Of a stretch of DNA of 64,000 bases, positions 44,557 through 63,197 are shown piece by piece. Under the pieces are notes generated by a model. The model saw only the letters and a list, made by a program, of their open reading frames with translations. It made no database searches and was not told the DNA's origin. The stretch's first letter is position 1. Every line of letters begins with the position of its first letter. The stretch lies in the NCBI RefSeq assembly GCF_016026235.1, contig NZ_CP065613.1, one strand, 5' to 3'. The stretch comes from Escherichia coli. Lineage in GTDB: Bacteria; Pseudomonadota; Gammaproteobacteria; Enterobacterales; Enterobacteriaceae. The translations under genes were made by a program, and so were the position numbers.

Positions 44557-45060
44557 TTACGCCACTTCTGACGCCGCGCTATCTAACAGCGCCATCTCTT
44601 CGCTGTTCAGCAGTTTTTCGATGTTCACCAGAATCAACATACGGTCGCCCAGTGCGCCCAGTCCAGTGAGATATTCTGTTGAAAGCGTCACGGCAAACTC
44701 TGGTGCCGGACGAATTTGCTCCGCCGTCAATGAAAGCACGTCTGAAACGCCGTCAACCACGATGCCGACCACCCGCTGTCCGAGATTCAGGACGATAACT
44801 ACCGTGTTGTCGTTATAGTCCACATCCACCTGGCTGAACTTAATTCGTAAGTCAACAATCGGCACAATAACGCCGCGCAGATTCGTGACGCCTTTGATAA
44901 ACGCTGGCGTGTTCGCAATCCGTGTTACCTGATCGTAGCCACGGATCTCCTGCACTTTCAGGATATCAATACCGTACTCTTCATCACCAAGGGTAAATAC
45001 CAGAAATTCCTGGCCTGACGGCTCGCTGGCCAGCTTTGTTACATTCGTCATACCGGTCAT
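44557..45060 (-). CDS. cheW: CheW coupling protein
   Basis: 167 aa. Confidence 0.95.
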
Positions 45061-45080
45061 ATTGTTACCTTTTTACTCAT

Positions 45081-47968
<2,888 letters not shown>

Positions 47969-47972
<4 letters not shown>

Positions 47973-48245
47973 GCTTCCTCGGTTGTCGTCTGTTGTTGCG
48001 GATTTTTCACCGCACGCACATGCTCTTCCAGTTCAATAAACGACGGACGTTCGCTGGAATAGAGCGTTTTGCGACCAAACTCAACGGCGATAGGCGGTGC
48101 GTAACCGTTCAGATTAGAAAGCAGAGTGACTTTGACGCACTGCATCATTTTGCTGGTTTCGGCGCTTTTCTGACGTAAAACACTCGCTAATGGGGAAATA
48201 AATCCGTAAGCCAATAAAATGCCGAGGAAAGTCCCCTGAGGAATC
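47969..48245 (-). pseudogene. motA: motA C-terminal fragment (after IS insertion)
   Basis: ...AYGFISPLASVLRQKSAETSKMMQCVKVTLLSNLNGYAPPIAVEFGRK... matches MotA C-terminus. Confidence 0.85.
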
Positions 48246-49528
48246 CCCAGAAAACAAGACAGGCATAGTGAGATGTGATCTAATTGATTGTGCTAACAAT
48301 TTCAAGGAGATCACCACTATGCCTGCACGTTCATTATGCCAAAATTTCCTTAACAACATACTGGCCCCTTTGCATCTTTACCGTCAAAAATCACTGATTG
48401 ACGCAACTAATGCTGTAATAAATGGCGCTTCCCTCACACTTACCAGTATCGGGCGTCATTTAACCGGTACGGCATCAGTTAAAAACAAAATAAAGCGGGT
48501 GGATCGACTGTTGGGGAATCGACATTTGCAAAATGAGGTTTCCACCATTTTTCAGCGAATTACCCAAAAGATTACGCGGGGAATGTCTCGTGTTGTGATA
48601 CTCATTGACTGGAGTGCTTATCATGCCTCTCGTTTTCAGCTTTTGCGGGCAAGCCTGGCATGTGACGGGCGTTCTTTACCGTTGATGAGTTGTGTCGTTC
48701 CATCATCACAGACAGCGAATGCAGATGTACATGAGCGTTTTCTGGAATCGCTTGCTGAGTGCTTTTCCCCCGGGACTGATGTCATTGTTATTACAGATGC
48801 CGGTTTTCAGGGGCGATGGTTCCAACAGCTCCGCTCCCGTGGCTGGACCTATATTTGCCGGGTACTGGGCAATCATTATTACAATGTTGGTAATGGCTGG
48901 GAAAAGGTGTCGGACTCAGGCACAAAAGCATCAACGACAGCAATTTATTTAGGTGAAGGCCTGCTGGGTCGAGATAAAAATGCACAACATGAAGGGCATT
49001 TTTATCTTTATAAAAGTAAGCCTAAAGGTCGTTGATTTAAACGCTCGAAGGAAAGAGCAACCAGACCATCGGTGACGGCTAAAGCTCGTACTGCCGGGAA
49101 ATCACCATGGTTTATTTTCACAAACAGTACTGAGTTCTCGCCAAAACAGGTAATGAAATTATACAGCCGTAGAATGCAAATTGAGCAAAATTTCAGGGAT
49201 GAAAAAATCCTCGCTGGGGATTTGGACTACGGTTTGGTGCCAGTCATTCATCCGGGCGGGTCACGGTATTGAGTCTGATCGCAACATTAGCCAGTATCAT
49301 TATGTGGTTAAGCGGTTTCAGCCTGGAAAACAAAGGGATACATCATAAATATCAGGCAAATACAGTGAAGCACAGGCGAGTCATCTCGTTATTAAAACTG
49401 GCGGAGAATGTGATTCGACATTCTCCACTCATACTAAACACACTGTCACTTGACGCAGGGCTGAAAGTTCTACAGCAACGGTATACCAATATGATAATGG
49501 TTTACTAAATTTTCTGGGGATCCCTCAG
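48246..49528 (+). mobile_element. IS4-family IS10-like insertion sequence (~1.28 kb) with degenerate transposase, inserted in motA
   Basis: terminal inverted repeats CTGAGGAATCCCCAGAAAA / CTGAGGGATCCCCAGAAAA (cf. IS10 CTGATGAATCCCC / CTGAGAGATCCCC); ~9-bp TSD GGAAAGTCC(C); tnp in three pieces 48318-49035, 49072-49272, 49269-49508 (in-frame TGA plus frameshift). Confidence 0.8.
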
Positions 49529-50159
49529 GGAAAGTCCCCACCATCGCATGTGCGATAAGCGCACCCAGCTCGGCGGCAGGACGATCGGCTGAACCTAACG
49601 CGTGAACGACCCCCATTACAGCCGCGACAATACCAAACGCCGGAAGTGAGTCCCCGACCAGCGCCAGACTGTTCGCCGGGACTTCTGCCTCGCTTTCGTG
49701 CGTCTCAATCTCTTCATCCATCAGGGCTTCGATTTCGAAGGTGTTCATATGACCGCTGATAATCAGACGCAGATAATCGACGATAAAATCAAGCATGACG
49801 CTATCCGCGAGGATGCGTGGGTAGCTGGCGAAGATCTCGCTCTCACGGGGATTTTCAATATCACGTTCCAGCGAAAACATCCCCATCTGCCGCGATTTCG
49901 CCATCAACCGATAAAGCAGAGCCAGCAGATCCATATACATTGCTTTGGTGTATTTGGAGCGACGAAACAGCAACGGCAGCGCTTTCAGCGTGCCTTTAAT
50001 CGCTTTGCCATTATTGCCGACGATAAACGACCCAATCCCTGCACCGGCAATAATCACCAGTTCAGCGGGTTGATAGAGTGCTCCAAGGCTTCCACCGGTC
50101 ATCAAATAACCGCCGAAAACTGTACCGAGAACAACCAGGTAACCTAATAAGATAAGCAC
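49529..50159 (-). pseudogene. motA: motA N-terminal fragment
   Basis: MLILLGYLVVLGTVFGGYLMTGG... to ...LIAHAMVGTF then IS-derived sequence. Confidence 0.85.
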
Positions 50160-50285
50160 GACATCATCCTTCCACTGTTGACCATGACAGGATGTTCAGT
50201 CGTCAGGCGTTAACGCGCGATTGGGGCAAAAAAAAGCAGCGGTACGTCGTTACCGCTGCTGGAATGTTGCGCCACACCGTATCAG

Positions 50286-50864
50286 TTAAACAGCCTGTAC
50301 TCTCTGTTCATCCAGCAGTTGTGGGATAATATCGGCAGGATTCTGGGAAAGTTTACGTCTTTTTACTGCCCGGGATGGCGGTTGACATAAGCTGCAGGCA
50401 AAGCTGCCAACAGGCTGGTGAGCGTGGGTAATAAAATTGCCGCCGCAGCAGTTGCAGCTGGAAAGTTGCAGTAATCCACTTTCAACAAACCGCACCAATG
50501 TCCAGGCACGGGTTAATGCCAGCAGTGGTCCTTCTTCTGCTTGTGGGCACTGTTCAAGGTATAAACGGTAGGCTTTGATCACCGCATCGACGCCATTACA
50601 CAAACCTGTTTTCAGTAAAAACTGCCATGCATTACAGAACATCGAAGCATGAACGTTTTGTTCCCAGGTCATAAACCAGTCGGTTGAGAATGGCAGCATG
50701 CCTTTCGGCGGTGGGCTTCCGCGCAGTTCTTTATAAAGTTTTATCAGGCGTCCGCGACTTAACTGTGTTTCGCTTTCCAGCATCTGCAAACGAGCGCCCA
50801 GGGTGATCAATTCCATTGCCAGCTGAATATCCCGCGCTTCCTGAACAATGCTTTTTTCACTCAT
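50286..50864 (-). CDS. flhC: flagellar master regulator FlhC
   Basis: 192 aa with C-terminal Zn-Cys cluster; intact. Confidence 0.9.
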
Positions 50865-50866
50865 GA

Positions 50867-51226
50867 TCAGGCCCTTTTCTTGCGCAGCGCTTCTTCAGGC
50901 TGATTAACATCATTCAGCAAGCGTGTTGAGAGCATGATGCCGGTATGAATTTGCTGGAGATCGTCAACGCGGGAATCTTGCGTCAACTGAGTAATCGTCT
51001 GGTGGCTGTCAAAACGGAAGTGACAAACCAGTTGATTGGTTTCTGCCAGCTTAACCATTTGCGGAAGAGTCAGTGCCGCTAACGTTGTCGCCATTTCTTC
51101 ATTTATGCCGAGACGAAACATAGCGGACGCTTTGTCCTGAACAATCAAACGCTGTGCAAGTAGTAAATATGACAAGTTGATGTCATAAATGTGTTTCAGC
51201 AACTCGGAGGTATGCATTATTCCCAC
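50867..51226 (-). CDS. flhD: flagellar master regulator FlhD (alternative start MHTSELL at 51217)
   Basis: 116-119 aa; intact. Confidence 0.9.
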
Positions 51227-51478
51227 CCAGAATAACCAACTTTATTTTTATGCGGTTTCACCGCACCCCGTGATGTCGCCGGGAAGCCCCAGTAAAAAAT
51301 AATTAGTATTAGAATAGTTGCGATAAGCTGCAATAAGCAGAACCACCTTTTTGGTTTAATATGTCCTTACAAATAGAAATGGGTCTTTACACTTATCTAA
51401 GATTTTTCCTAAATCGACGCAACTGTACTCGTCACTACACGCACATACAACGGAGGGGGGCTGCGATTTTCAATAATG

Positions 51479-51494
51479 TGTGATGCAGATCACA
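51479..51494. promoter_or_regulatory. CRP site in flhDC promoter region
   Basis: TGTGAtgcagaTCACA perfect consensus half-sites ~250 bp upstream of flhD; no IS in the flhD-uspC intergenic region. Confidence 0.6.
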
Positions 51495-51996
51495 CAAAAC
51501 ACTCAATTACTTAACATAAATGTATAAGTCATACTTTTGTTTTGGGTGTATTTCAATCTGTTAAAAAGTTTTTCGCTACGCTAGCAAGCAAAAATGAAAC
51601 AGGAATAATCGAAATGGGATGTTGCGCACAGTTAAAATAACTCACCGTAAATAATCATCTGCTATAAATAATCACTTTCATGCAATACCAGATAAGCTAT
51701 TTTTAAACAGACACTTACCGCACAACAAACTAATTAAATACAAAGAAAGGCAACAATCAACTTAATGTTAATGAAATGTTTTACATATATTAACCACTTG
51801 TTTAATGCGGAGAATCAGTACACTATTTTCTTATAATTACATTTGAAATTATATGATCACCGGGAGTGATTGATTAATTGTCTTTACTAATAATCAAACT
51901 AATATTTACCTGTTTGACCGAGTTGGGATTGCGTCGTTTCTCCATTAGGAGTAAAGCTTTAATGTCACCTGAAGTTCACAGAATAAGGAACAGGTT

Positions 51997-52425
51997 ATGA
52001 GCTATAGCAATATTCTTGTCGCTGTTGCGGTTACACCGGAAAGTCAGCAACTGCTGGCAAAAGCGGTATCTATCGCCAGGCCAGTAAAGGGACACATCAG
52101 TTTAATTACTCTCGCTTCCGACCCGGAAATGTACAATCAATTAGCCGCGCCGATGCTTGAAGATTTACGCAGCGTGATGCAAGAAGAAACGCAAAGCTTT
52201 CTTGATAAGTTAATTCAGGATGCGGGGTATCCCGTTGACAAGACGTTTATTGCCTACGGTGAGTTAAGCGAACATATTCTGGAAGTATGTCACAAACATC
52301 ATTTCGATTTGGTGATTTGCGGTAATCACAATCACAGTTTCTTTTCGCGAGCATCCTGCTCGGCGAAAAGAGTTATTGCCTCAAGTGAGGTCGATGTGCT
52401 GTTAGTTCCACTTACGGGAGATTAA
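51997..52425 (+). CDS. uspC: universal stress protein C
   Basis: 142 aa. Confidence 0.9.
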   Translation: MSYSNILVAVAVTPESQQLLAKAVSIARPVKGHISLITLASDPEMYNQLAAPMLEDLRSVMQEETQSFLDKLIQDAGYPVDKTFIAYGELSEHILEVCHKHHFDLVICGNHNHSFFSRASCSAKRVIASSEVDVLLVPLTGD

Positions 52426-52431
52426 CCGCTC

Positions 52432-55784
<3,353 letters not shown>

Positions 55785-55798
55785 CATACTCTCCTTAC

Positions 55799-57313
55799 TC
55801 AGGCAACAGCCTGGCTGACTTTAGGCATCGCAAGGCTCAGTGCCTGACGCTCATCTGCCTGCTCGTGTAACAATTCACCGGCGATTTCACCTTCCCGCAT
55901 CACCACAATCCGGTCGGCAACGCCGAGGACTTCAGGTAAGTCGCTGGAGGCAAACAGCACCGCCACACCCTGCGCCGCCAGCGCATAAATCACGTTGTAA
56001 ATTTCATGCTTAGCCCCAACATCAATGCCGCGCGTAGGTTCATCCAGCAAAATGACCTTCATCTCTTCCGATAACCAGCGGCCCAGAATGGCTTTTTGCT
56101 GATTTCCGCCTGAGAGATTCATGATCAGTTGCTCAGCGCCCGGCGTTTTGATGTTGAGCGAACGAATGTGCTGATCGGCATTGTTTTCTTCCCAACCGTT
56201 GTTGATTACACAACCGCCGAGCACATGTTTACGTCTGGCACTGATGTTGATATTGTCGCGAACGGAGTGCACGGGAATAATGCCTTCCGCTTTGCGATCT
56301 TCCGGGCAGAGCATCATGCCTGCGGCAATGGCGTGGCTCGGTTTACTAATATCGATCGGCTGTTGGTCGATATAAACCTGACCGGCGGTGATTTGCGTCC
56401 CGCCAAACAAGCCTTTCATTAATTCGCTACGCCCCGCCCCTACCAGACCAAACAGCCCAACAATTTCACCACTGCGAACCGCCAGACTTATTGGCGTACG
56501 CACGCCTGGTGCTTTCACAGCATCAAGACGCAGGCGCTCCTCGCCATAACTACGAGGTTGCCAGCCGTAGATATCGCCAATGTCGCGCCCGACCATCGCC
56601 TGCACCAGCGCGTCGTGGTCAACCTGCTGCATATCGGTAAAGGTTTTGACATAACGTCCATCTTTAAAGACAGTGATGGCATCGCTGAGGGCAAATATTT
56701 CTTCCATACGGTGAGAAACGTATAAGATCACCCGCCCCTCTTTTCGCAGTTCACGAATAACGCGGAAAAGATTGTCGATTTCGCGGGCAGAAAGGGAGCT
56801 GGTTGGCTCATCAAAGGCGATAATTTTAGCGTTACGCGCCAGCGCCTTGGCGATTTCAACCATCTGCCACTGACCAATGGAGAGATATTTCAGCGGCGTG
56901 TCCGGGTCAATATCCATACCAAGATGTTTAAGTTGTAAACCCGCCTCATAATTCAGCAATGAGCGATTCACAATGCCGCCTTTATGCGGCAGCTGGCCGA
57001 GATAGATGTTTTCCGCGACGGTCATTTCCGGCACGAGATGCAGTTCCTGGTAAATAATCGCCACACCCGCGTTAAGTGCTGCGGTCGTGTCGGAAAAGGA
57101 CATTTCCTGCCCATTAATCACTACAGAACCCGTGGTTGGCGCATAGTTGCCGCTGAGGATTTTTAAGAGAGTTGATTTTCCTGCGCCATTTTCACCCATC
57201 AACGCATGAACCTGACCGGCATAGCAGTCAAAACTAATATCCGTCAGCGCCTTAACGCAGGGAAACGTTTTACCGATGCCGCGAAATGAGAGATACGGGG
57301 TAGACTGTTGCAT
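55799..57313 (-). CDS. araG: arabinose ABC transporter ATPase (duplicated ABC)
   Basis: 504 aa from [17 protein letters not shown]. Confidence 0.9.
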   Translation of the reverse strand: MQQSTPYLSFRGIGKTFPCVKALTDISFDCYAGQVHALMGENGAGKSTLLKILSGNYAPTTGSVVINGQEMSFSDTTAALNAGVAIIYQELHLVPEMTVAENIYLGQLPHKGGIVNRSLLNYEAGLQLKHLGMDIDPDTPLKYLSIGQWQMVEIAKALARNAKIIAFDEPTSSLSAREIDNLFRVIRELRKEGRVILYVSHRMEEIFALSDAITVFKDGRYVKTFTDMQQVDHDALVQAMVGRDIGDIYGWQPRSYGEERLRLDAVKAPGVRTPISLAVRSGEIVGLFGLVGAGRSELMKGLFGGTQITAGQVYIDQQPIDISKPSHAIAAGMMLCPEDRKAEGIIPVHSVRDNINISARRKHVLGGCVINNGWEENNADQHIRSLNIKTPGAEQLIMNLSGGNQQKAILGRWLSEEMKVILLDEPTRGIDVGAKHEIYNVIYALAAQGVAVLFASSDLPEVLGVADRIVVMREGEIAGELLHEQADERQALSLAMPKVSQAVA

Positions 57314-57382
57314 AACGTCTCCGTGAATCACTGGTCGTTCACACCCCCTCTGCATCATGCAGAGGGGAATTTTTCCGGCAAA

Positions 57383-58372
57383 TTACTTACCGCCTAAACC
57401 TTTTTTCTCCAGTTCTTCTTTAAAGTTGTCACGCGTGATCAGCACCACGTCGGTAACTTCGGTAAATTTTGGCGGTTCAACGTCTTTTGCTACCCAGTTG
57501 TAAAGCATTTCGCTGGATTTATAGCCATGTACGTCCGGGCTTGGCAGCAGGGAACCGTAGAAGCCGGTTGCCTGTGCTTTAGACAGTTCGCTCACCGCAT
57601 CCACACCGTTAATGCCAATGCCGATGATATCGGCAGCTTTAAAGCCCTGACCTTCCGTCGCGCGTACGCCGCCCAGCACGGTGCTGTCGTTCATACCGAC
57701 GATCAGCCAATGTTTAACTTCCGGATGTTGAACCAGCATTGAGTTGGCAGCGTCAAATGCCCCCGGGATGTCGTTAGATTTGGTAGGTACCTGATAAATT
57801 TGTTTTTCCGGGAATCCTGCAGCTTTCAGTGCGTCCATAGAACCCGTTGTACGGCGGCGGGCGGTATCCAGTTCGTTGGCGGTAATCGCCATCACCGCGC
57901 TTTCTTTGACATCCCAGCCACGTTTCTGCATCTCTTTATACAGTTCCTGGCCCTGACGTTCGCCAATTTTAGTCGCCGCCATCATCACCAGAGGAACGGT
58001 ATCCATTGGCTTACCTTTGGCGTTAACAAACTGGTCATCCACGGCAATGACTTTCATATCGTAGCCACGCGCTTTCGCGACGATGGCAGAGCCGAGTTTG
58101 GGGTCCGGAGTACAAATAACGAAACCTTTTGCGCCACTGGCAGCCAGGCTGTCGATCGCGTTCAATGTTTTTTCGCCATCCGGCACGGCAATCTTAATAA
58201 CCTCAAACCCTAAATCCTTCCCGGCTTTATCGGCAAACTTCCATTCGGTCTGGAACCACGGCTCTTCCGGTTGCTTCACCAGAAAACCGAGCTTCAGGTT
58301 CTCCGCCATAGCGGATTGTGACATAACGGCTGCCAGACCAATGGCTGCCAGGGCTTTAGTAAATTTGTGCAT
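57383..58372 (-). CDS. araF: arabinose-binding periplasmic protein
   Basis: 329 aa from MHKFTKALAAIGLAAVMSQSAMA. Confidence 0.9.
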   Translation of the reverse strand: MHKFTKALAAIGLAAVMSQSAMAENLKLGFLVKQPEEPWFQTEWKFADKAGKDLGFEVIKIAVPDGEKTLNAIDSLAASGAKGFVICTPDPKLGSAIVAKARGYDMKVIAVDDQFVNAKGKPMDTVPLVMMAATKIGERQGQELYKEMQKRGWDVKESAVMAITANELDTARRRTTGSMDALKAAGFPEKQIYQVPTKSNDIPGAFDAANSMLVQHPEVKHWLIVGMNDSTVLGGVRATEGQGFKAADIIGIGINGVDAVSELSKAQATGFYGSLLPSPDVHGYKSSEMLYNWVAKDVEPPKFTEVTDVVLITRDNFKEELEKKGLGGK

Positions 58373-58898
58373 GGTTCTCTCCAGCTTTAGTGTCGTTTTG
58401 TGTAGGGCAAAAACGAATGACATTCGTTAAATTAATCGGAAAACAAAGCATTACCTTTTAACTAAAAGATAAGTGACCGTGTTGACATAGTTTTAGCGAG
58501 AAATTAATTCTCCATAGGAGAGCAATATCACATCGCAGAATTACAGTGAGAACGTGCATAAATTTAGCGGGAAAAGACATAAGGGAAAGCCAATTTGTCA
58601 GACAAATTGTCGAATGCACAGCAGATTAATCCATAAGATTAGCCTGGAAATCCTTGTTGTCTTTGGTACCCATGCGGGATGTCTTCTTTTTAACCAGTCA
58701 ATAGGCCGCATTACCTGGCGTTGAGTTTTTGAAATGGTGTAATAACCGCAACTCAAAGATGTGGAAAATGCACGTCATTCATTTCGTCATTAATTATCAC
58801 TGTGCTCATTAATTAACATAACACGTATAATGAGAGCCATCTCGCAAAAATGAAAAAACGTTTTATAAAATCATCACTTCATCATGAATTCAAATTCA

Positions 58899-58912
58899 TT
58901 GATTAATATCAA
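58899..58912. promoter_or_regulatory. perfect FNR-consensus box TTGAT-N4-ATCAA in araF/ftnB intergenic region
   Basis: ttgattaatatcaa; a second related palindrome CATTGATttcATCAATG at 58954-58970. Confidence 0.4.
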
Positions 58913-59168
58913 CAAGATACAAAAAGCACTATCATTAAAATTCATTGCAGTTACATTGATTTCATCAATGAAATGTAAAAATATATAAACTTGATGATTT
59001 AAGCATTTTCTTATACCCGTTCAGACGTTATTCTTATTTCAGATCATCGTCAGAATTGACTCCACGATCACATTTCGGACCGGCAGAAAGGAATTATTCT
59101 GCAAACAGTAATTATGGTGTTTTGATTTATCTTGCACCTCTCCACTTCTGGATATAAGGATATTAGGT

Positions 59169-59672
59169 ATGGCAACCGCTGGAATGCTTCTCAAACTCAA
59201 CTCTCAAATGAACCGCGAGTTTTACGCATCCAATCTCTACCTTCACCTGAGTAACTGGTGTTCTGAACAGAGTCTGAACGGCACCGCCACTTTCCTTCGC
59301 GCCCAGGCACAGAGTAATGTGACCCAAATGATGCGCATGTTTAACTTTATGAAGAGTGTCGGCGCTACCCCCATCGTTAAAGCCATTGATGTTCCCAGTG
59401 AAAAACTGAACTCTCTGGAAGAACTGTTCCAAAAAACGATGGAAGAATACGAGCAACGTTCTAATACGTTGGCACAGTTAGCCGATGAAGCGAAAGAACT
59501 GAATGATGATTCAACCGTCAATTTCCTGCGCGATCTGGAAAAAGAACAGCAGCATGATGGTCTGTTGCTGCAAACCATTCTTGATGAAGTGCGCAGTGCG
59601 AAACTTGCGGGTATGTGCCCTGTGCAGACCGACCAACATGTTCTGAATGTCGTGTCACACCAGCTGCATTGA
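59169..59672 (+). CDS. ftnB: ferritin-like protein FtnB
   Basis: 167 aa. Confidence 0.9.
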   Translation: MATAGMLLKLNSQMNREFYASNLYLHLSNWCSEQSLNGTATFLRAQAQSNVTQMMRMFNFMKSVGATPIVKAIDVPSEKLNSLEELFQKTMEEYEQRSNTLAQLADEAKELNDDSTVNFLRDLEKEQQHDGLLLQTILDEVRSAKLAGMCPVQTDQHVLNVVSHQLH

Positions 59673-59750
59673 TCATCATCGGCGCTAATGCATTGCGCCG
59701 ATGAAGGTTTTGAGAAACCGCTGCCTCATCTGTTTGAAGCAGCGGTTTTT

Positions 59751-60002
59751 TTAATGGGATTCACCCTGTGGGGTAAACTTGAGTTCAATAAGCGCGATGG
59801 CTTTTTGGATTGCCCGCATGGTGACCGGGTCTGCGGCGGCGGGATGGTTAGTAAAGTCGATATTCTTCAGCTGACTGGACATTTTTTCACGAACTTCAAC
59901 GGGCGCGATTACATCGAGAACATCCAGAATTTGTTTGATAACCAACTGGCAAGCAACCACATCAGAAACCAGTTCCTGATCGGCATTCAGCGGCTGGGAC
60001 AT
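59751..60002 (-). CDS. yecJ: YecJ (DUF2766)
   Basis: 83 aa [19 protein letters not shown]. Confidence 0.8.
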
Positions 60003-60116
60003 CGTAAACTCCTGATAGCATTTTGAAAGCCGTTATAGTAGCGGCTTCACATCTTCAGCGATAGTCACATCCACCGTCATCAGGACACAAAAAAACCTGC
60101 CGGAGCAGGTTTTTTG

Positions 60117-60203
60117 TTATCGGAACATATTGCCTGGCGGTACGTCTTTGAACGTCTTGCAATAGTTATTGAACATACTTTTCAGGATTTTGCGCAGTTT
60201 CAT
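60117..60203 (-). CDS. azuC: small membrane-associated protein AzuC (28 aa)
   Basis: translation MKLRKILKSMFNNYCKTFKDVPPGNMFR*. Confidence 0.8.
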   Translation of the reverse strand: MKLRKILKSMFNNYCKTFKDVPPGNMFR

Positions 60204-60465
60204 CGCGGCACTCCGACCATTTGTTATACAGGTGTTATTGTCTTTGCGCTTATAATATGACAACCATCACAAAAATCAATCTTTATGTGATACAAATCAC
60301 ATAAATACCCCTTTAATGTTATAAAAATGATAATCAAAAAACAGCCCCCCTATTTCTGACACCTACAGATGGCAAGAAATAGCGCCTGCCAGGCGTCTTT
60401 TCCGGCCATTGTCGCAGCGCTGTAACGCGTAAAATAGTGCTTTCTCTTACTCTTCTGGCTGGACC

Positions 60466-60789
60466 ATGAGACTTCTGATTCTGACTCTTTCATTAATAAC
60501 GCTGGCGGGGTGTACGGTTACTCGCCAAGCCCATGTGAGCGAAGTTGACGCGGCAACAGGTATTGTACGGTTGGTTTATGACCAGGCTTTTTTGCAGCAT
60601 GCCCATACCGATCGTTATGTCAGTCGCGGGATCGCCGATCGCGCATGCCAGCAGGAAGGCTATACCCACGCGATCCCCTTTGGTCAGCCAGTAGGCAACT
60701 GTAGCCTTTTTGCGGGTTCCTTATGTTTGAATACGGAATTCACTTTGTCATATCAGTGCCATCATTCCGCCTTCCCTGTCTTTCTCTAA
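60466..60789 (+). CDS. yecR: lipoprotein YecR
   Basis: 107 aa, lipobox LAGC. Confidence 0.85.
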   Translation: MRLLILTLSLITLAGCTVTRQAHVSEVDAATGIVRLVYDQAFLQHAHTDRYVSRGIADRACQQEGYTHAIPFGQPVGNCSLFAGSLCLNTEFTLSYQCHHSAFPVFL

Positions 60790-60959
60790 ATATTTTAATC
60801 AGCGAGGGGATCTTCGCTGATTAAATAAATAGCGGTAATGCGTTTTATTCCCATTCGTATTTTTAATAATTGAAGTTTATATTTTACCTTTTGCAAATAA
60901 TAAAATAACAAATTATAGTGACGCCACAGCAACAAATATAACCTTTGTGGAGCACTATC

Positions 60960-61457
60960 ATGCTGAAACCAGAAATGATTGAAAAACTTAATGAGCAGAT
61001 GAACCTGGAACTGTACTCTTCACTGCTTTATCAGCAAATGAGCGCCTGGTGCAGCTATCATACCTTCGAAGGTGCTGCCGCGTTCCTGCGCCGTCACGCC
61101 CAGGAAGAGATGACGCATATGCAGCGTCTGTTTGATTACCTGACTGATACCGGCAATTTACCGCGTATTAATACCGTTGAATCTCCGTTTGCTGAATATT
61201 CCTCACTTGATGAATTATTCCAGGAAACCTATAAACACGAACAATTAATCACCCAGAAAATTAACGAACTGGCTCATGCTGCAATGACCAATCAGGACTA
61301 CCCAACATTTAATTTCCTGCAATGGTATGTTTCTGAGCAGCATGAAGAAGAGAAACTGTTCAAATCGATTATTGATAAATTAAGCCTGGCAGGCAAAAGC
61401 GGCGAAGGTCTGTATTTTATCGACAAAGAACTCTCTACCCTCGACACACAAAACTAA
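60960..61457 (+). CDS. ftnA: ferritin FtnA
   Basis: 165 aa from [13 protein letters not shown]. Confidence 0.95.
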
Positions 61458-61494
61458 TGCTCTCCGGCGGCAGGTTTACTGCCGCCGTTTCAAA

Positions 61495-61734
61495 TCAGTG
61501 ACGGCAAATCTTACTCTGATCGGTCGAAAAACCGTCTTTCGAAGGTATAAATTTGCCTTTTGCTGCCAGAAACGCTACCAGCTCTCCCGCTGTCATCCCT
61601 TCTGCCGAGCAGGTGTGAAAACGTGCCTGTTCACCAAAACGCGCTTTAATCGCAGCTTCCAGACTGGCATGCGTATATTGCTCGCCTGATTCAATCATCA
61701 TATTTAACACTTCATGACCGTGAATAGAGTCCAT
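61495..61734 (-). CDS. yecH: YecH (DUF2492, metal-binding)
   Basis: 79 aa. Confidence 0.8.
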   Translation of the reverse strand: MDSIHGHEVLNMMIESGEQYTHASLEAAIKARFGEQARFHTCSAEGMTAGELVAFLAAKGKFIPSKDGFSTDQSKICRH

Positions 61735-61816
61735 CGTCCCTCCTCAAAAAAAGCCTAGCGTAGCGATTGCCGCTTATGAAGACTTTGCGCCAGCGCAGGA
61801 CTGAATGCTTTTTATT

Positions 61817-61858
61817 GTACATTTATATTTACACCATATGTAACGTCGGTTTGACGAA
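61817..61858. promoter_or_regulatory. tandem TyrR boxes upstream of tyrP
   Basis: TGTACAtttataTTTACA and TGTAACgtcggtTTGACG match TGTAAA-N6-TTTACA. Confidence 0.5.
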
Positions 61859-61924
61859 GCAGCCGTTATGCCTTAACCTGCGCCGCAGATATCATTCATA
61901 AAGATCGTCAGGACAGAAGAAAGC

Positions 61925-63136
61925 GTGAAAAACAGAACCCTGGGAAGTGTTTTTATCGTGGCGGGAACCACAATTGGCGCAGGCATGCTGGCAATGCCGC
62001 TGGCTGCGGCCGGTGTTGGTTTTAGCGTTACGTTAATCTTGTTGATTGGGCTTTGGGCGTTGATGTGCTACACGGCGCTATTACTGCTGGAGGTGTACCA
62101 GCATGTTCCGGCAGATACCGGTCTGGGCACGCTGGCAAAACGCTATCTGGGACGCTACGGTCAATGGCTGACGGGCTTCAGTATGATGTTCTTAATGTAT
62201 GCTCTGACTGCGGCATACATCAGCGGTGCCGGTGAATTGTTGGCCTCCAGCATCAGCGACTGGACAGGTATTTCAATGTCGGCAACCGCTGGCGTGCTGT
62301 TGTTCACTTTTGTTGCCGGTGGCGTGGTTTGTGTTGGAACATCGCTGGTCGATTTATTTAACCGTTTTCTGTTCAGCGCCAAAATTATTTTTCTGGTGGT
62401 GATGCTGGTATTGCTGCTACCGCATATTCACAAAGTGAATCTTTTAACCCTGCCGTTGCAACAGGGGCTGGCTCTGTCAGCAATCCCGGTGATTTTTACC
62501 TCATTTGGTTTTCACGGTAGCGTGCCGAGTATTGTCAGCTATATGGATGGCAACGTTCGTAAGCTACGCTGGGTGTTTATAACCGGTAGTGCGATCCCCC
62601 TGGTGGCATATATTTTCTGGCAGGTGGCAACGCTTGGTAGCATTGATTCAACAACCTTTATGGGATTGCTGGCTAATCATGCTGGATTAAACGGGCTGTT
62701 ACAGGCGTTACGCGAAATGGTGGCCTCTCCGCATGTTGAGCTGGCAGTGCATTTATTTGCTGATTTAGCCCTCGCCACGTCATTTCTCGGCGTTGCGTTA
62801 GGCTTATTTGATTATCTGGCTGATTTATTTCAGCGTTCAAATACCGTTGGTGGACGGTTGCAAACTGGTGCAATTACCTTTCTGCCGCCGTTGGCGTTTG
62901 CACTGTTTTATCCACGAGGATTTGTGATGGCGCTGGGTTACGCCGGTGTGGCGCTGGCGGTACTGGCATTGATTATCCCTTCGCTGTTGACCTGGCAAAG
63001 CAGAAAGCACAATCCTCAGGCGGGTTACCGGGTGAAAGGTGGTCGTCCGGCGCTGGTGGTGGTGTTTCTCTGTGGTATTGCTGTGATTGGCGTGCAATTT
63101 TTGATTGCGGCAGAGTTGTTACCAGAAGTGGGGTGA
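61925..63136 (+). CDS. tyrP: tyrosine-specific transporter TyrP
   Basis: 403 aa, GTG start. Confidence 0.9.
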   Translation: MKNRTLGSVFIVAGTTIGAGMLAMPLAAAGVGFSVTLILLIGLWALMCYTALLLLEVYQHVPADTGLGTLAKRYLGRYGQWLTGFSMMFLMYALTAAYISGAGELLASSISDWTGISMSATAGVLLFTFVAGGVVCVGTSLVDLFNRFLFSAKIIFLVVMLVLLLPHIHKVNLLTLPLQQGLALSAIPVIFTSFGFHGSVPSIVSYMDGNVRKLRWVFITGSAIPLVAYIFWQVATLGSIDSTTFMGLLANHAGLNGLLQALREMVASPHVELAVHLFADLALATSFLGVALGLFDYLADLFQRSNTVGGRLQTGAITFLPPLAFALFYPRGFVMALGYAGVALAVLALIIPSLLTWQSRKHNPQAGYRVKGGRPALVVVFLCGIAVIGVQFLIAAELLPEVG

Positions 63137-63197
63137 TCAGATAGCCTCAAATTCCTTATTGGGTGCCAGAATTAACGCTGACACCCAATTTGACCTC

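Noticed and set aside
51227-51996. IS1/IS5 insertion upstream of flhD, as in motile K-12 stocks and some Shigella
   Set aside because: The intergenic sequence is continuous, AT-rich promoter DNA with no IS ends.
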